Assembly: GCA_951406725.2 (NCBI GenBank) | Contig: OX597822.1 | Location: forward strand, 15,004,001-15,068,000 | Reading direction: 5' to 3' | Source of the DNA: Octopus vulgaris | Taxonomy: Eukaryota | DNA length: 64,000 nucleotides | In this document: positions 1 to 15,886 of the stretch, piece by piece | Layout: each line of letters starts with the position of its first letter | How positions within the stretch are numbered: position 1 is the first letter of the stretch | The notes under the pieces: generated by a model | Database searches by the model: none | Told to the model about the DNA's origin: nothing | Seen by the model: only the letters and a program-made list of their open reading frames with translations | Translations under genes and position numbers: made by a program

Positions 1-73
<73 letters not shown>

Positions 74-634
74 GAGTGAGAGAGCAGTTCATGCCATCAA
101 AGTGACACTGGGGTAAAATATACGAAACCCAATATACCCATCATGACTACCCGTCTGATAAGGGTACGCCAGGCACATGCATCACAACCATATGTGCGCG
201 ACATGGTGATCTCATATCAAGATAAAAAGCGTATGACCTTGCAGGTGGGGCCCAGTTAGAATTTTCTTCAGATTGAGTAGCCCATCCTACTCAAAAGGTC
301 CATGAATAAGGGTTGTTTACGGATGTTGAACGAACCACCTATGTTTCCAAAGGTGAATTATTCAAACCCCAAAGAATCCCTCTCAACACATGGCTATGGT
401 GCTCCCCCACTACTTCTGCTCGTGATCAGAGATGCACATGTCGTCAGCCACTAAGGGACATGCTCAACTGGTTAAGGTCAAATAGTGACAAGGAAATCTG
501 TGATATTGAGCAGAATATTTGCAGTAGCCCATCTTTTATACCAAGACAAAACAATGTACATGATAACACTTCCAATCAGTTAATATCAGAAGCCATGAGA
601 GCCACTGCCTGGTACGGCATCAGGGCATGTACAG

Positions 635-635
<1 letters not shown>
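74..635 (-). mobile_element. Non-coding ~560 bp SINE-like element embedded in (TAA)n; possible non-autonomous Dong/R4 passenger
   Basis: Complex sequence flanked on both sides by (TAT)n; on the minus strand it ends ...ctctctcactc(aat)n like the neighbouring R4 elements; no credible ORF. Confidence 0.5.
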
Positions 636-709
<74 letters not shown>

Positions 710-711
710 GT

Positions 712-972
712 TAGTGCTTTGCACACCTATAGCTGGAGATGTACTACAGTGTCAGCTGTTCACTACCAGTGAACTAAAGTAACACCTCTTATTTTTCGAG
801 CATCATTCGGAGTATTCGCGTTATTCCAAGCAATGCTGTTTTCTGCAACTTCTCCACTCTTATTACAGCCCCTATTTGTTCCTTGTCTTGCTCAAGATTT
901 TTATTCACTGTTCCCAGGGCTCCGACAAATATTAGTACTACGACCACCTTCTTCATCGACCACAACTGCTTG
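712..972 (-). mobile_element. R4/Dong retrotransposon 3' fragment (end of restriction-like endonuclease ORF + 3' UTR)
   Basis: Translation KQLWSMKKVVVVLIFVGALGTV...LQKTALLGITRILR; 3' UTR matches 3283-3358 in reverse orientation. Confidence 0.85.
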
Positions 973-1020
973 TTATAATAATAATAACAACAGCAACAAC
1001 AACAACAACAACAATAAAAA

Positions 1021-1079
<59 letters not shown>

Positions 1080-1157
1080 TGATAATAATGATAATAATAA
1101 AAATAAAAATAAAAATAATAATAATAATAAAATACTAATAATACTAATAATAATAAT

Positions 1158-3359
<2,202 letters not shown>

Positions 3360-3404
<45 letters not shown>

Positions 3405-3449
3405 TAATAATGATAATGATAATGATAATTATTATTATTATTATTATTA

Positions 3450-3526
<77 letters not shown>

Positions 3527-3679
3527 TATTATTTTCATCATTATTATTATTTAATTATCATCATTACTATTCATATGCCCTCAACAGATTAGACTGTTGG
3601 AAAAAAAGAATCCTAAAATCAGTAACCTTAGACGCCAAGAACACTCCTAGTTATCCCTAATAATACTGTTTTCTGAATC

Positions 3680-3770
<91 letters not shown>

Positions 3771-3780
3771 CATTATCATT
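3360..3780. repeat. (AAT)n/(TAT)n microsatellite complex
   Basis: Directly visible; repeat orientation flips near 3428. Confidence 0.9.
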
Positions 3781-3920
3781 CTATATCAATGTTGTATATA
3801 TTATATCTTGAGATTTGGTGACAAGTCACCTCATAACATTATTGCGTTATTGTCCATTCCTTTCCCAACGTGTTTTGTGAACCTTTGGTGCTGAACAAAG
3901 ACAAAATTGTGATTATCATA

Positions 3921-4132
3921 GACGAGCTGGTTGAATGCTTGGCATGCCGGGCGAAATGCTTAGAGGCGTTTAGTCCGTCTTCCCGTTCTGTGTTCAAATT
4001 CCACTGAGGTCGACTTTACCGTTCATGCTTTCAGGGGTCGATAAATGAAGTACCAGTTGAATACAGGAGTTGAATTAATCGACTGATCCCCTCCCCAAAA
4101 TTTTAGGCCTTGTGCCTATTGTAGAAAGGATT
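3921..4132 (+). mobile_element. tRNA-derived SINE family B (Deu/Nin-like central domain)
   Basis: gagctgg...gttcaaattcc..gaggtcgacttt..ttcat..ggggtcgataaa..aagtaccag; matches 25892-26122. Confidence 0.75.
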
Positions 4133-4224
4133 AAGATCCTCGTTGTTATTGTTATTATTATTATTATTATTATTATTCCTTTATTTCTAAGACGACAATA
4201 CACCTCCTGCTGATCTCTGCTTGT

Positions 4225-5305
4225 GTCGATTGATGATGGTGACGGAGATGATGTTAATGATGTTGATGATTGTAATAATGACGACGACGACGGCGGCGAT
4301 GATGAAACTGATGACAGTGATAATGATGATGATGCTGGCCATGATAATAATCACGATTATTGTAACCATGGCAATGGTGCTACAATATTAGCGCTGACGC
4401 TTTCGTTACTGCTACTGCATTTGTCGTTACTGCCTCCGTTGTTGCTGCCATTCTTCTTATAGCTACTGTTGCTGTCGCTGCCTCTGTTGCTGCTGCTGTC
4501 GCTGCTGCTGTTGCTGCTGCTGTTGATATGTGTGACAATTTTAATCCTTCTGTTGATGTTGCCTCCCCTAATTTTCTATAAAAAACCAACGGCAACCTTC
4601 ATCGAACAGACACGCAAAGACAATCTCTCCATGGCTACTCCATCTATATCTAAAATCAGTATACTCGAGGCAATATTATACGATAAGTGTTTACTTGGTG
4701 ATTGTTCGGTGCTGAGAGGGAGGTGTGGCTGGTATTTCTAGCTAATAATGTAACCACGTTGGGGAAACTCAGAATGGCTTTTGTCGTTGTTGTTGATAGT
4801 ATTGCTGTTGGTAATTGTAATGAGTGCGACGACGACGACGATGAAGAAGAGGAAGAAGAAGAAAAAGAAGAAGAAGAAAAAGAGAAAGAAGAAGATGAAA
4901 AAGTGGAAGAAGAAGAGGGGGAGGAGGAAGAAATAGAAGACGTAGAAGAAGAAGAAGATGAAAGAGATGAAAAAGATGAAAAAATTGAAGAAGAAGAAGT
5001 AGAAGAAGAAGAAGATGAAAAAGAGGGAGAAGAAGAAGAAGAAGAAGAAGATGAGGACGGTGACGACGGCGGCAAATATGACATTGATGATTTTGATGAT
5101 AATAATAATAGTTATTTTATATTGAAGATGTATTTGATGATAATGAGGTTGATGTTGATTGTGGTGGTGGTGGTGGTGGTTTCGGAGATTTTGGTGCATG
5201 TGGTAGGTATGATGCGTTGACGTGGCAAATAATGAAGATGCTAATGATTTCGGAAGATGATGATGATGATAACAAGGATGATGATGGTGATGGTGATGGT
5301 GGTAT
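4225..5305. repeat. Compound trinucleotide low-complexity tract (GAT/GCT/GAA/GGT)
   Basis: Directly visible; source of spurious poly-E/S/F/D ORFs. Confidence 0.9.
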
Positions 5306-5354
5306 CGACAATTTCAATGGTGACAGAGAAAACTGATAACAATTTAGTTATGCT

Positions 5355-5790
5355 CACATACATACATACACTTATACATATGTAACTTATACGATATATA
5401 CATATGTATATATATATATATAAATATATATGTGTGTGTGTGTGTGTGTGCGTGTGTATATATATATAAATATATATATATATATGTATATATATAAACA
5501 TATATATAAATGTGTGTGTGTATATATATATAAATATATATATACATATATATAAATATATATATATATACATATATATAAATATAAATATATATATACA
5601 CATATGCATACATATATATATACATATAAATATATATATGTATATAAATATATATACATATATATATATGTATATATATGCATTATATGCATTTATATAT
5701 GCATGTATGTATACACACACGTACACGTGCATACACACATGCACACGTGCGCACACAACATGCACACGCAAACATATACATACACATATA
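5355..5790. repeat. (TA)n/(TG)n/(CA)n compound microsatellite
   Basis: Directly visible. Confidence 0.9.
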
Positions 5791-7420
5791 GCTGTTGTTG
5801 AAATATTTGACTGAATCGAAATGTTATTGTATCGTTATATATTTAGTGTTTGCTCTTTATACTCCCCAACCCCCGTCTCCCCCCGCATCCCCCCGCATCC
5901 CCCCGTATCCCTCCGCATCCCCCTCTCTCCTTCTGTTTCCCTCTGTCAAAATCTTCTTTTTGCCGGCCGCCATTAATTCCATGCACAAGCTCGGGCTACT
6001 TTTGTTTGTCGAAGAATACCGGTATATAGATATGTGGCGTCATGGATTGCAATCGGAAATATCTGCGAGGCAAACATCAGCAACAAAGGCAGTCATGCAC
6101 TGCAGTTTTTATTGCATCACGAGCTGACTGCAAAAAAAAATATATATAAAAAGCCATGAGTTGAAGCGTGCGAGATGCTGCCGAAAGCTGAAATTGAAAC
6201 TTCAATGAAGTGGAATCACACGGCTTGTATGCTACCATGTGATTGTTACAATAGATTTGGCGTTTATTATGACAAATATGCTTCGAGTTATTAGTCAAGT
6301 TATTGTTACAGCGAAGTGATGAGTTTTATGATGCTGCATGTTGCTTGGTTCTTTTCTTGCCATTGTTGCTGTTGTTGTTGCTGTTGTTGTTGTTGATGCT
6401 CTTGCAGTTGCTACCATTGTCTCTATTGCAGATGTTGGTATTCCAACAGTTGTTGGAAAGTGTGTTAGTTAAAGTATTGTTTACAAAATATATTGCCATA
6501 TATGGGCATTTTAGAAACAGATCATAGCAAAGTGAGTTGATCACGTAGAAAATGAATAACAGAATGAAAAGAAAGAATTAAAACAAGGAAAATGAATGAG
6601 GAAAAAAGAGGAGGAGGGATGGAGGAAAGGAAGAAATAACGCAGAAATATCGGAATAAAGAAGTAAATGTAAGCAAAAACAGAACAGAATAAAAAAAAAC
6701 TGTTATTCCTTTCAATCAAAAGATTCTATGAGCTCACCTCTAGGCAGATAATAGATAAATCTCCTTTAGTGTCTATTGAATGGAACTTAGCAAGTAAGAA
6801 AAAAAAAAGCAGGAAACAAAAGACCAAAACAAACAAAACACATCAACTCGCCACGAATTTCTGGCATTTATTCAGCTCTACTTGCAATGTTTTCCTCATA
6901 TTCTAGCATAAAAATATTCTTTTCAACTGAGAAGTCTTAACCATATTCAAATATGATCTTGGGAAGAATTTACAGATAATATTTTAACCGGAATGTAGTT
7001 TTTTGCTATTACAGGGGGTCCATTTCCTTGATATGAAGCGAGTAACAACAAAACACACGATGAACGAAAGTCTTATTTCATGAACCTCCAAGTAAGGATT
7101 TCGACTTAAAATTTAATATTCTGTGTATAAGTGCAGAAAAAAAAACAAGTAAAATAAACGGAAAGTTTTGCGGTAATAATATTTTTAATATTCAATATTA
7201 TTACTTCTGTAGATTAATTTAAAGAAATAGATGTTAAGACATAAGATGGTGTTGTATAAGGCATATATTTCGAACCGTTGCTGCTTCATGTTTCGATCAG
7301 ATACGAAGGAATATAGTCTTTGATAAGTGTAAAGATTAATTAGTAAAATGTTCTTTTAAATGATACGCAGATAAACGTGGATGATATTTGAAATCCGTAA
7401 CTATAACTAATAAATAATAG

Positions 7421-7503
<83 letters not shown>

Positions 7504-8157
7504 GTGTGTGCGTTTGTGTGTGTATGTGTGTGTGTGTGTGTACATGTAAATTTATAGGAATATATACGAAGTGAAGCAAAACCTGAAAACATTCAGAAGA
7601 TGAAAACTCGTGTGCAAGCATATCGATACTTATCTATCTATACAACATACTTCAAGAGTACAAAAATACAGGAAGCTAAAGGGAGAATGTATGGTGTGTC
7701 AAGACCTACAGCTGTTTCTAGGTACTCGGAATTACGTAATAGTTGTAACGTTTATAATTGGCTGATGGAGTGGGCAAAACATCCACTGTATGCAACCAAT
7801 AGAGAAGGCATAGAAACATTAAAGTCCGGCCACCGTCTTCGCAGTGCAAAGATTCGTAACTATGTATGAGGGTGCATCAATTAATGGTCAGGGTGTTGCT
7901 CTCACGATCGCGAAGTTGTGGCTTCAATTCCTGGAGCAGGTGGTGCATTGTGTATTTGAGTAAAACACATTCTCTCATAATTGCTTTTATACCACTCTGA
8001 CACCTGGCGTGCAGTACACGGAAAACTTTGACATGATGGCGGGAGTGCGCTAATAAGAAACGCAAGCGTTTTATCATTAGAGGCAATATCGAACACATAC
8101 ATAACATATTCACACACGCACGCACACACACACACGTATATATGTATATATATATAC

Positions 8158-8294
<137 letters not shown>

Positions 8295-8323
8295 TATATG
8301 TATGTATGTATGTATTATATACA

Positions 8324-8494
8324 GGCGTAGGAGTAGCTGTGTGGTAAGTAGCCTGCTTACGAACCACATGGTTCCGGGTTCAGTCCCCTGCGTGGCACCT
8401 TCAGCAAGTGTCTTCTACTATAGTCTCGGGCCGGCCAAAACCTTGTGAGTGGATTTGGTAGACGGAAACTGAAAGAGGGCCCGTCATATATATG

Positions 8495-8527
<33 letters not shown>

Positions 8528-8536
8528 GTATATATA

Positions 8537-8583
<47 letters not shown>

Positions 8584-8800
8584 ATATATTTCTGTGTCTG
8601 TTTGTCTCCCAGCATCACTTGACAACCGATGGTGGTGTTTTTACATCCCCGTAACTTAGCCGGCAAAATGCACCGATAGAATAAATACCAGACTTCAAAA
8701 GAATAAGTCCTGGGGGCGATTTGCTCGACTAAAGGCGCTGCTCCAGTATGGCCGCAGTCAAATGACTGAAACAACTAAAAGAGGAAAAGAGGAAAAGAGT
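8324..8800 (+). mobile_element. tRNA-derived SINE family A (bipartite, internal TA/TG microsatellite, aaaagag tail)
   Basis: A/B-box head (tagctgtgtggtaag...ggttcagtcc), body ...gacggaaactgaaag, 3' part ...gcagtcaaatgactgaaac; more than 10 copies in the window. Confidence 0.85.
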
Positions 8801-8824
8801 ATATATATATATATATATATAGTT

Positions 8825-9128
8825 GGAATGTTCCATCGAAGACGACGCTTCAGTTGTGCGTTCAGCTTTTACTGATCGACCTGCACAAATAATGTGTTCA
8901 TGGAAATCAGATGTTCGTACGGCACATTAGCTCGCTCTTTCCATCAAACCTCCGTTGTGTGAACAGATGCACAGTGTGTTACGTGTCAAGTGTCAAAGGG
9001 ATCGCAGAGGAATGTGAAACGATGTGTTTTGGTGAAGAGCAAAACTGACCACCCAGACTCGGAATTGAAATAACGAGATGGCGAAATCGTGAGTGCGACA
9101 TCCTCAACACCAGGCCATGTGCCTTCAC
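8825..9128 (-). mobile_element. tRNA-derived SINE family D (degenerate)
   Basis: Minus-strand head gtgaaggcacatggcctggtgttgaggatgtcgcactcacga...; body resembles 22997-23290. Confidence 0.55.
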
Positions 9129-9770
9129 ACACACACACACACACACATACTTGCAGAGGGAGAGAGAGAGAGGGAGAGAGAGAGAGAAAGAGAGAAGATA
9201 TTATTAACTGTCACAAATAATATGTAACCGAGTTACCTGATTGGGTAGTCGGTGACTATACTGGCAAACGCGCTAATCCCTGTAAAGAGACTGATCTTTA
9301 GACAAAACTGCAGGATAAAAAGGATAAAGATACAAGACCAGTTAAGGGGCATATGAACTCATGACACTCATAGGCCATCTCCTTTTCGGCAAATATGGTT
9401 CTTTGAAATTTTTTCTGAATCTAATTTAGCTTTTAAGAGGAAAAGTGTGAAAGAAATCCCCCTGAAACCAACGGTGCAGTTGGTGCAGCTGCCAGTCATC
9501 ATGAAATGCTTGTCACTGATACTGAGAGAGTGAGAAACATGTCCAAGCATATGTCGGTTTAACCCAAGGCCGTACAAATGCTTTATTTCATCTGCGTCGT
9601 CCAGTCTCTCTATAAAAAGTCCTTTTGGTGATGGTAAGAGTCAGCTCAGAGTAAACAGACGTAAAGGAGATTATCGAGATAACGGAGATAAATTAGTATG
9701 GCTTTCATCATTCAAAATGAAAGGATCGTCATCGTCATCATCACATTCAACATCGCTGTCATCATCATAC

Positions 9771-9898
<128 letters not shown>

Positions 9899-9945
9899 TT
9901 ACCGGTTGGTTGTCTGAAAAACCATCGGAAAAAATTATTTACCCT

Positions 9946-10003
<58 letters not shown>

Positions 10004-11053
10004 GCGTGTGTTTTTGTTTTTGTGTGTTTGTGTATGCTTGATGTCCGCGTGTACCTGTATGTATTCTCCTGCTCTCCGTTATTCTTTTCATCTTCCTAAC
10101 CTCACACAGAAATATGCCATTGGATTTCATTTTCACTCGGCTCAAAGACATGTGCAACGTTCATGACAAATTTCTCGTTTTAAGTTCGTAATTAAAGAAT
10201 TTGCTTAAGATTCTTCAACTCGTAATTGAGACAGAGCTTCAGACATAGCAGCTGATTTCCAAGACAGAAACAAATTAATTCCATAAAATTCATTCGAAAG
10301 AAACGAAAGACAAATTAAACAAAACGATAAAAATGAAAGGAAAAACAGCGAGACAGAGATTTAACTGTAGGTGTAGCATTTAATGGACACAGAAGCTTAC
10401 GAGGCATTACATGTGATATGAAATACATGCATATTAATGAGAGTGAGAGAAGTTAGAAACTATGCGTCCATAAATTTGTTTTAGGATCATGGAATATTAA
10501 ACTTGTGTCATTTTCAAAGTGTTGTTAGATTAAGTTTGTCAAATATAATGATTGATAGAACACAATGGCCGTTCCATTTTGCAGGTTCTGAATAAATATA
10601 ACACGCAAGGAGATCAAAATAAACTGTAGCGATCGATCAGAATACAAAGTCAAAGATATACGACTCGTAATGTTTAATGTTATCGGGTCTGATGTTTGCA
10701 GTGATGGCGAGGTTTACTAAGCATAACACATAAAAAAATACTAGAACTACATTCCACTGTAAGATTCATCTGGAAAATTATAATGTAACTGATTGGATCA
10801 AAAATAAGCAATGAAGTTGTTTATCATTTATTTAAATGATTTCAATAAACAGTTGCAGGCGTGTCTGTGTGGTAAGAAGCTTGTTCCTCAACGACAGGGT
10901 TCCGGGTTCATTTTACTGCGTAGCAAGTCCGGCAAGTGTCTTTTGCTATAGTCTTTGGCCGAATGAGGCTTTCTGAGTGGATTTGGTTAACGGTAACTGA
11001 ATGAAGATCGTCGTATGTGCGCGCGCGTATGTGCGTTTGTGTGTATGTGCATA

Positions 11054-11320
11054 TATATAAGAATGTTTTGCGTAATGAGATAAAAAACCAAGGCTGTATA
11101 GATATTAGCGCATTCAGCTGTTTCTAGGATATCAATTAATAATATCCTTTCATCGGAGACGGTGTGAGAGAAAAAATTAAGTCATAGTTAGTTTCGATGT
11201 GATTTCCTTTCACACCGTCTCCGATGAAGGGATATTATTAATTAATATTCTAGAAACAGCTGTAAGACCTATCTATAAAAGCTCTAATATCTATGTCATT
11301 ACGCAAAAAATTCTTATATA
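11054..11320. mobile_element. Palindromic (head-to-head) Penelope-like pseudo-LTR element
   Basis: Inverted arms ataagaat..ttgcgtaatga / tcattacgcaa..attcttat and cagctgtttctagga...catcggagacggtgtga / tcacaccgtctccgatg...tagaaacagctg. Confidence 0.75.
11217..11268 (+). ncRNA. Minimal type-I hammerhead ribozyme, CCGAUGA (U4C) variant
   Basis: GUCU-CCGAUGA-stem II (GGGAUAUUA..UAAUAUUCU)-GAAAC AGCU GUA-AGAC; stem I GUCU/AGAC; palindromic stem III. Confidence 0.7.
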
Positions 11321-11466
11321 CACACGGTGACATAGAACCAACGTTGAACCCTTTATTCGCATTATTACCGAATCTGGAACTTAAGTATGGTCTGTCTATA
11401 GCACTTATTCAGCATTACCTGACACCTTTGGGTCTCAATGACGCCATTATCTCTTATATATATATA

Positions 11467-11507
<41 letters not shown>

Positions 11508-11889
11508 CACAGATATATATGCGTGTGTCATTGTGTCTGTGTTTGTCCCACCGCTTTACAAATGGTGATGGTGTGTTTACATCCTTGTAGCCTAGAATAA
11601 GTACCAGGCTTAACGAAAAAATAAATTCTGGGGTCGATTCATTCGGCTAAACATTCTTCTAAGCGGTGCCCAAGCATGACTGTAATCTAATGACAGAAAC
11701 AAGTAAAAGATAAAATCTTCAATGTGTAATTGTATTCATATTTCATGTTATGATGCTAGAGTGAGCTGCGAAGACGTCCTTGAGTTTCCATTATCACTAA
11801 TCTGTATGCCTGCCATGCAACACTCGGCAGCGAACCCATTCAGGTGTATTGCTTTCTAACGAGCCAAGTAGCACCATGTCGTCTACAAA

Positions 11890-12126
11890 TACCTATTTCT
11901 TTACTACCCACAAGGTAGGACAAACACAGAGAGGACAAACAAGGACGGACAAACAGATTAAGTCGATTATATCGACCCCAGTGCTTAACTGGTACTTAAT
12001 TTATCGACCCCGAAAGGATGAAAGGCAAAGTTGACCTCGGCGAAATTTGAACTCAGAACATAACGGCAGACGAAATACGGCTACGCATTACGCCTGGCGT
12101 GCTAACGATTCTGCCAGCTCGTCGTC
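11890..12126 (-). mobile_element. SINE family B with target-site duplication
   Basis: Near full-length copy; gtcgtctacaaatacct repeated at 11878-11894 and 12121-12137. Confidence 0.85.
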
Positions 12127-12379
12127 TACAAATACCTGCTGTCCTGTCCTGCACTCACCGATTGTGATAACACTTGTATGATTGATGCGCATGTCAATCT
12201 AGTTCATAAAAGGAGAGGTGACAAAACGCAACACTGCTCAAGTCTACACCCACGTTGAAATACTTTGACGTAGCCTCGTTAACCCAAACACAAACAACGG
12301 CATTCGCATAAGAACTTTACAGCAACCAGAATTGGCTCATCAAGTGTAGAGTACTAAACGTGGACAATTAGCAAGAGGG

Positions 12380-12540
12380 TTGAATAATATCGAAGCAGGT
12401 CGCGCTTAGGAATCGAGCCAGGAAATGTAACAAGTTCTTCTGATAGATCGCTATGGAGGCAGTAGCTGAGGACTCTAACAACCTCATTACGACCATCCCA
12501 GGTATAGTGGGTGGAGAAGATGGCTGGTTGGGTGGATAAA
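12380..12540 (+). mobile_element. Possible RTE-clade LINE 3' end
   Basis: LGIEPGNVTSSSDRSLWR resembles the RTE C-terminal DR..WR motif; followed by a short GT-rich tail and (GA)n. Confidence 0.35.
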
Positions 12541-12543
12541 GGT

Positions 12544-12636
<93 letters not shown>

Positions 12637-13069
12637 AGTATACAGAATTTAAAATTTCATTTCTTTTAGACTAAGTAAAATGGTAGAAATGCTGGTTGAT
12701 AGTAAGTGGTACAATTTCTCTTCATTAGTAGTGTAGAGAAGAAGAATGCTTTCGTAGTTGGTAACATAAAAGAAACAATCGAAGAAATAACTAATCGTCA
12801 TGGAAGAAACCTTAATCTTTTGAGCAAGAAGTGTAAGATGCAGGAATGGTAAGATCTATCGAAGAGCATCGGGAACTTGCAGTAGAGCATGACTTTTATT
12901 GTATCAGAGAGTGGTGAATAATCTTGAAAGCAGATATAATTACATTTATTCGATAAAAAGAAATAACAAGATTAAATAAATTCTGTATGTTTCTATTAAA
13001 TAAATTCTTTCTGCTGTCTCTTCATTTAAATCTATTTTCACAACTCCATTCAATAGAAAGAATAATCAA

Positions 13070-13437
13070 TTTCTTCTTCTTCTTCTTCTCCTTCTTCTTC
13101 TTCTTCCTCCTCTTCTTCTTCTTCTTCTTCTTCTTCTTCTTCTTCTTCTCCCCTCCTTCTCTTACCCGCCCACTTACCCCTCCTCCTTCTCCTCCCTTCT
13201 TCATCAACAGCCACTTCTTTTTGTTCTTCTCTTCCTCCTGCTCCTCCTACTTAATCTTCTGGCCCTACTTCTTCGCCTCCTCCTCCTCTTCCTTCTCCTC
13301 CTCTCCTAGTTCTCCTCCTCTTCCCTTCATTCTTCTGCTCATCCTTCTCCAACGTTTCCTCCTCCATTTCTATCTCTACTTTCTCCACCTCCATCTCCAC
13401 TCTGCCCCTCTTCATCCTCTCCCACTCCTCCTCCTTC

Positions 13438-13468
<31 letters not shown>

Positions 13469-13555
13469 TTCTTCTTCTTCTTCTTCTTCTTCCCCCTCCT
13501 CCTCCTCCTCTTTCTTTTTCTTCTTCTTCTTCTTCTTTCTACCTCCTCTTCTTCT
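13070..13555. repeat. (CTT)n/(CCT)n polypyrimidine tract
   Basis: Directly visible. Confidence 0.9.
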
Positions 13556-14005
13556 ACCCCGTTACTTCTGCCATCTGACATTTTCTTATTTTGTCATAAT
13601 CTGTGAATGTACGAGCTTCAGTTACACTATTTGAGATCTTAATATTCAGCAGAATGACGTCGACTGGTAACCGATTGAATACCAAGTATAATAAAAGTCC
13701 TTAGAACATTCTTCCAAAGCCATTATTGAATTGTATTATCAGTGCTGACTTAAAGCTTATTTCTTTAATATGTTTGATGTTAGCTAAGCTTTCGATCGAA
13801 ACCGAAATAATGTAGATAACACACCGATATAAATTGAAATAGTTCCTAAAAGCTAAAGCTAGTTAGAACATAGTTACAAGTATTCTGTGAGTGGAATCTC
13901 TCTCTTCGAGAGAAATTCATTAATAGTTGTGGATTAACTACAACACAGATGTTTGCCAAAAGTGTGACTGCAGAACATAGCATCTTTTATTATTATTATT
14001 ATTAA

Positions 14006-14093
<88 letters not shown>

Positions 14094-15129
14094 TTACGCC
14101 ATTAGCTATGCCTTTACCCAAAGCTCCCACCCAAACATTATGATGTTTTTAAGTTATGGTAGACATTTTATGCTACCTGTAATAAAAGAAAATTCATTTA
14201 AATACTTACGTGTACATGCAGCGGCCTTCCCCTGCGGTGGGTTGAACCGGCAGCGACCGACAAGTTAATCTCATACCTCACCAATGATGACTACATCCGA
14301 CGATCGGGTGCAGTCGAGGCTGTAATGGACGTTCACTCTCAGTTCCACTACCGAAGACCATACAGGAGTCCGATTGTGCTTCCACGTGCGCCTTTAATAA
14401 GCCAGCCACGTCTCTTGTTTTGCTCCATTTGCACCAGCTTGGGTTAGACCGCCTTGTGAACGAATCACCCCGAATGCTGACGTAGATTATGGCCAAGTCA
14501 CCTTACGCAAGGATGGTCCGGATGACCGCTTGGAAAATAGTATTTTGGTGCGAATTCTGGCCTCCAGTAGCGACCAGACTGACTTCATATAAATGCATTT
14601 CGTTGAGTGCCGAATTAGCACCTGATATTTTTTATGCATTAAAATAAAGTCGGTTGTTATGGAAGGGTCCAGCTTCTTAAGAGTCAAGACACTGCATCAG
14701 TTGGTGCAATTGATCTTCAGTATGAATATATGTCAATAGAAATCTCCGAGAGGAGGCCTGATTAGAAGTAATTAAAGAAAGATATTATTTCTGATATGAA
14801 GTGGTTCGTGAAAGACAGACCGTATGAGTTTGAAATCTGTTGGTGAATGAGGGATTCGTTTACAAACCAACCAACTTGATATAATGTTTTGAGATAAAGT
14901 CTAGCGCATCTGTACGTATCACAACCCAACTGAGTGTCATTTTTTTTTCTGTATACAAAAATACAGGACCTAAAGAGATGGAGCATTTGCTGGTCCTGAA
15001 CTAAATATTGTATCGAATGAAAATTTTTGCAATATTTTGGTAACTTCAGACGGTGCAACACGATGACCTCTGCTTTGAACGCTAGGCTGTTTTTGTTGAA
15101 ACTTGACGAATACAGCAAATAAGTCACCA

Positions 15130-15325
15130 AAATACTGGTTTCAAATTTTGGCACAAGGCCAGCAATTTCGGTGGAGCAGGATAGTCGGTTACATCGATCC
15201 CAGTGCTCAGCTGGTACACATTTTACGGACCCTGAAAGGATGAAAGGCAAAGTCGACCTCGGCAGTATATCAGCTCAGTACATAATGTCGGACAAAATGC
15301 CGCTAAGCATTTTCCCGGCGTGTCA
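15130..15325 (-). mobile_element. SINE family B
   Basis: ctggtac..gaccctgaaaggatgaaaggcaaagtcgacctcggc. Confidence 0.75.
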
Positions 15326-15886
15326 GCAGCTCGAGGCCTTAGGCTACCAAACCACTACAAAACCTTTGACTCAACAAAATAGCAATTGCTAATAATTACG
15401 CATGCGCACACGCATTCCTTAGTGTTTGTACTGAACTTATATATGTTTATAGTCATTTCTTTATGAGTAAGTTATAGATAATTAGTTACCTTTGCAATAA
15501 ACGCTCCAACAAGAGAGATGTCACGGGTGTGAGGGTGTTGCTATGCCAATATTAAAATATTGACGTCATACACAGCGATGATTCAGATATAAAGAAGGAT
15601 AGAGAGCATCTAATGCAACCATTTTTGTTTAAGATTGTAATTTGAGGAATGCAGTTGATAGATTTGGAGCTGGGATACTAATTTTTTTAAAGGATGAAGT
15701 TATTCAATCAATCTATTGCCGAACTGCTAAATTACTGAGATATAATCACACCGTCAGCGGTAGTGGGGACAAGCTCACACATACATATATACATACATAC
15801 ATACATACATATATACATACATACATACATAATACATACATACATACATACATTCATACATATATATATATATATATGTATATATG

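Larger units (their letters stand above)
10855..11715 (+). mobile_element. SINE family A split by a palindromic hammerhead element inserted in its internal microsatellite
   Basis: 5' half 10855-11015 and 3' half 11530-11715 match 8324-8800. Confidence 0.75.

Noticed and set aside
4656-5220. Long acidic/Ser/Phe-rich ORFs
   Set aside because: Translations of GAA/GAT microsatellites; open on both strands with no domain
5241-5814. Many YI/HT/CV/MYVC-repeat ORFs here and throughout the window
   Set aside because: Artefacts of (TA)n, (CA)n and (TATG)n tracts
7700-7730. Minus-strand GAAACAGCUGUA half-hammerhead (similar at 27960-27985)
   Set aside because: No CUGANGA or matching stem I upstream; at most a truncated pLTR
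9431-9633. AG...GT-bounded candidate exon
   Set aside because: Stop codons in all three plus-strand frames
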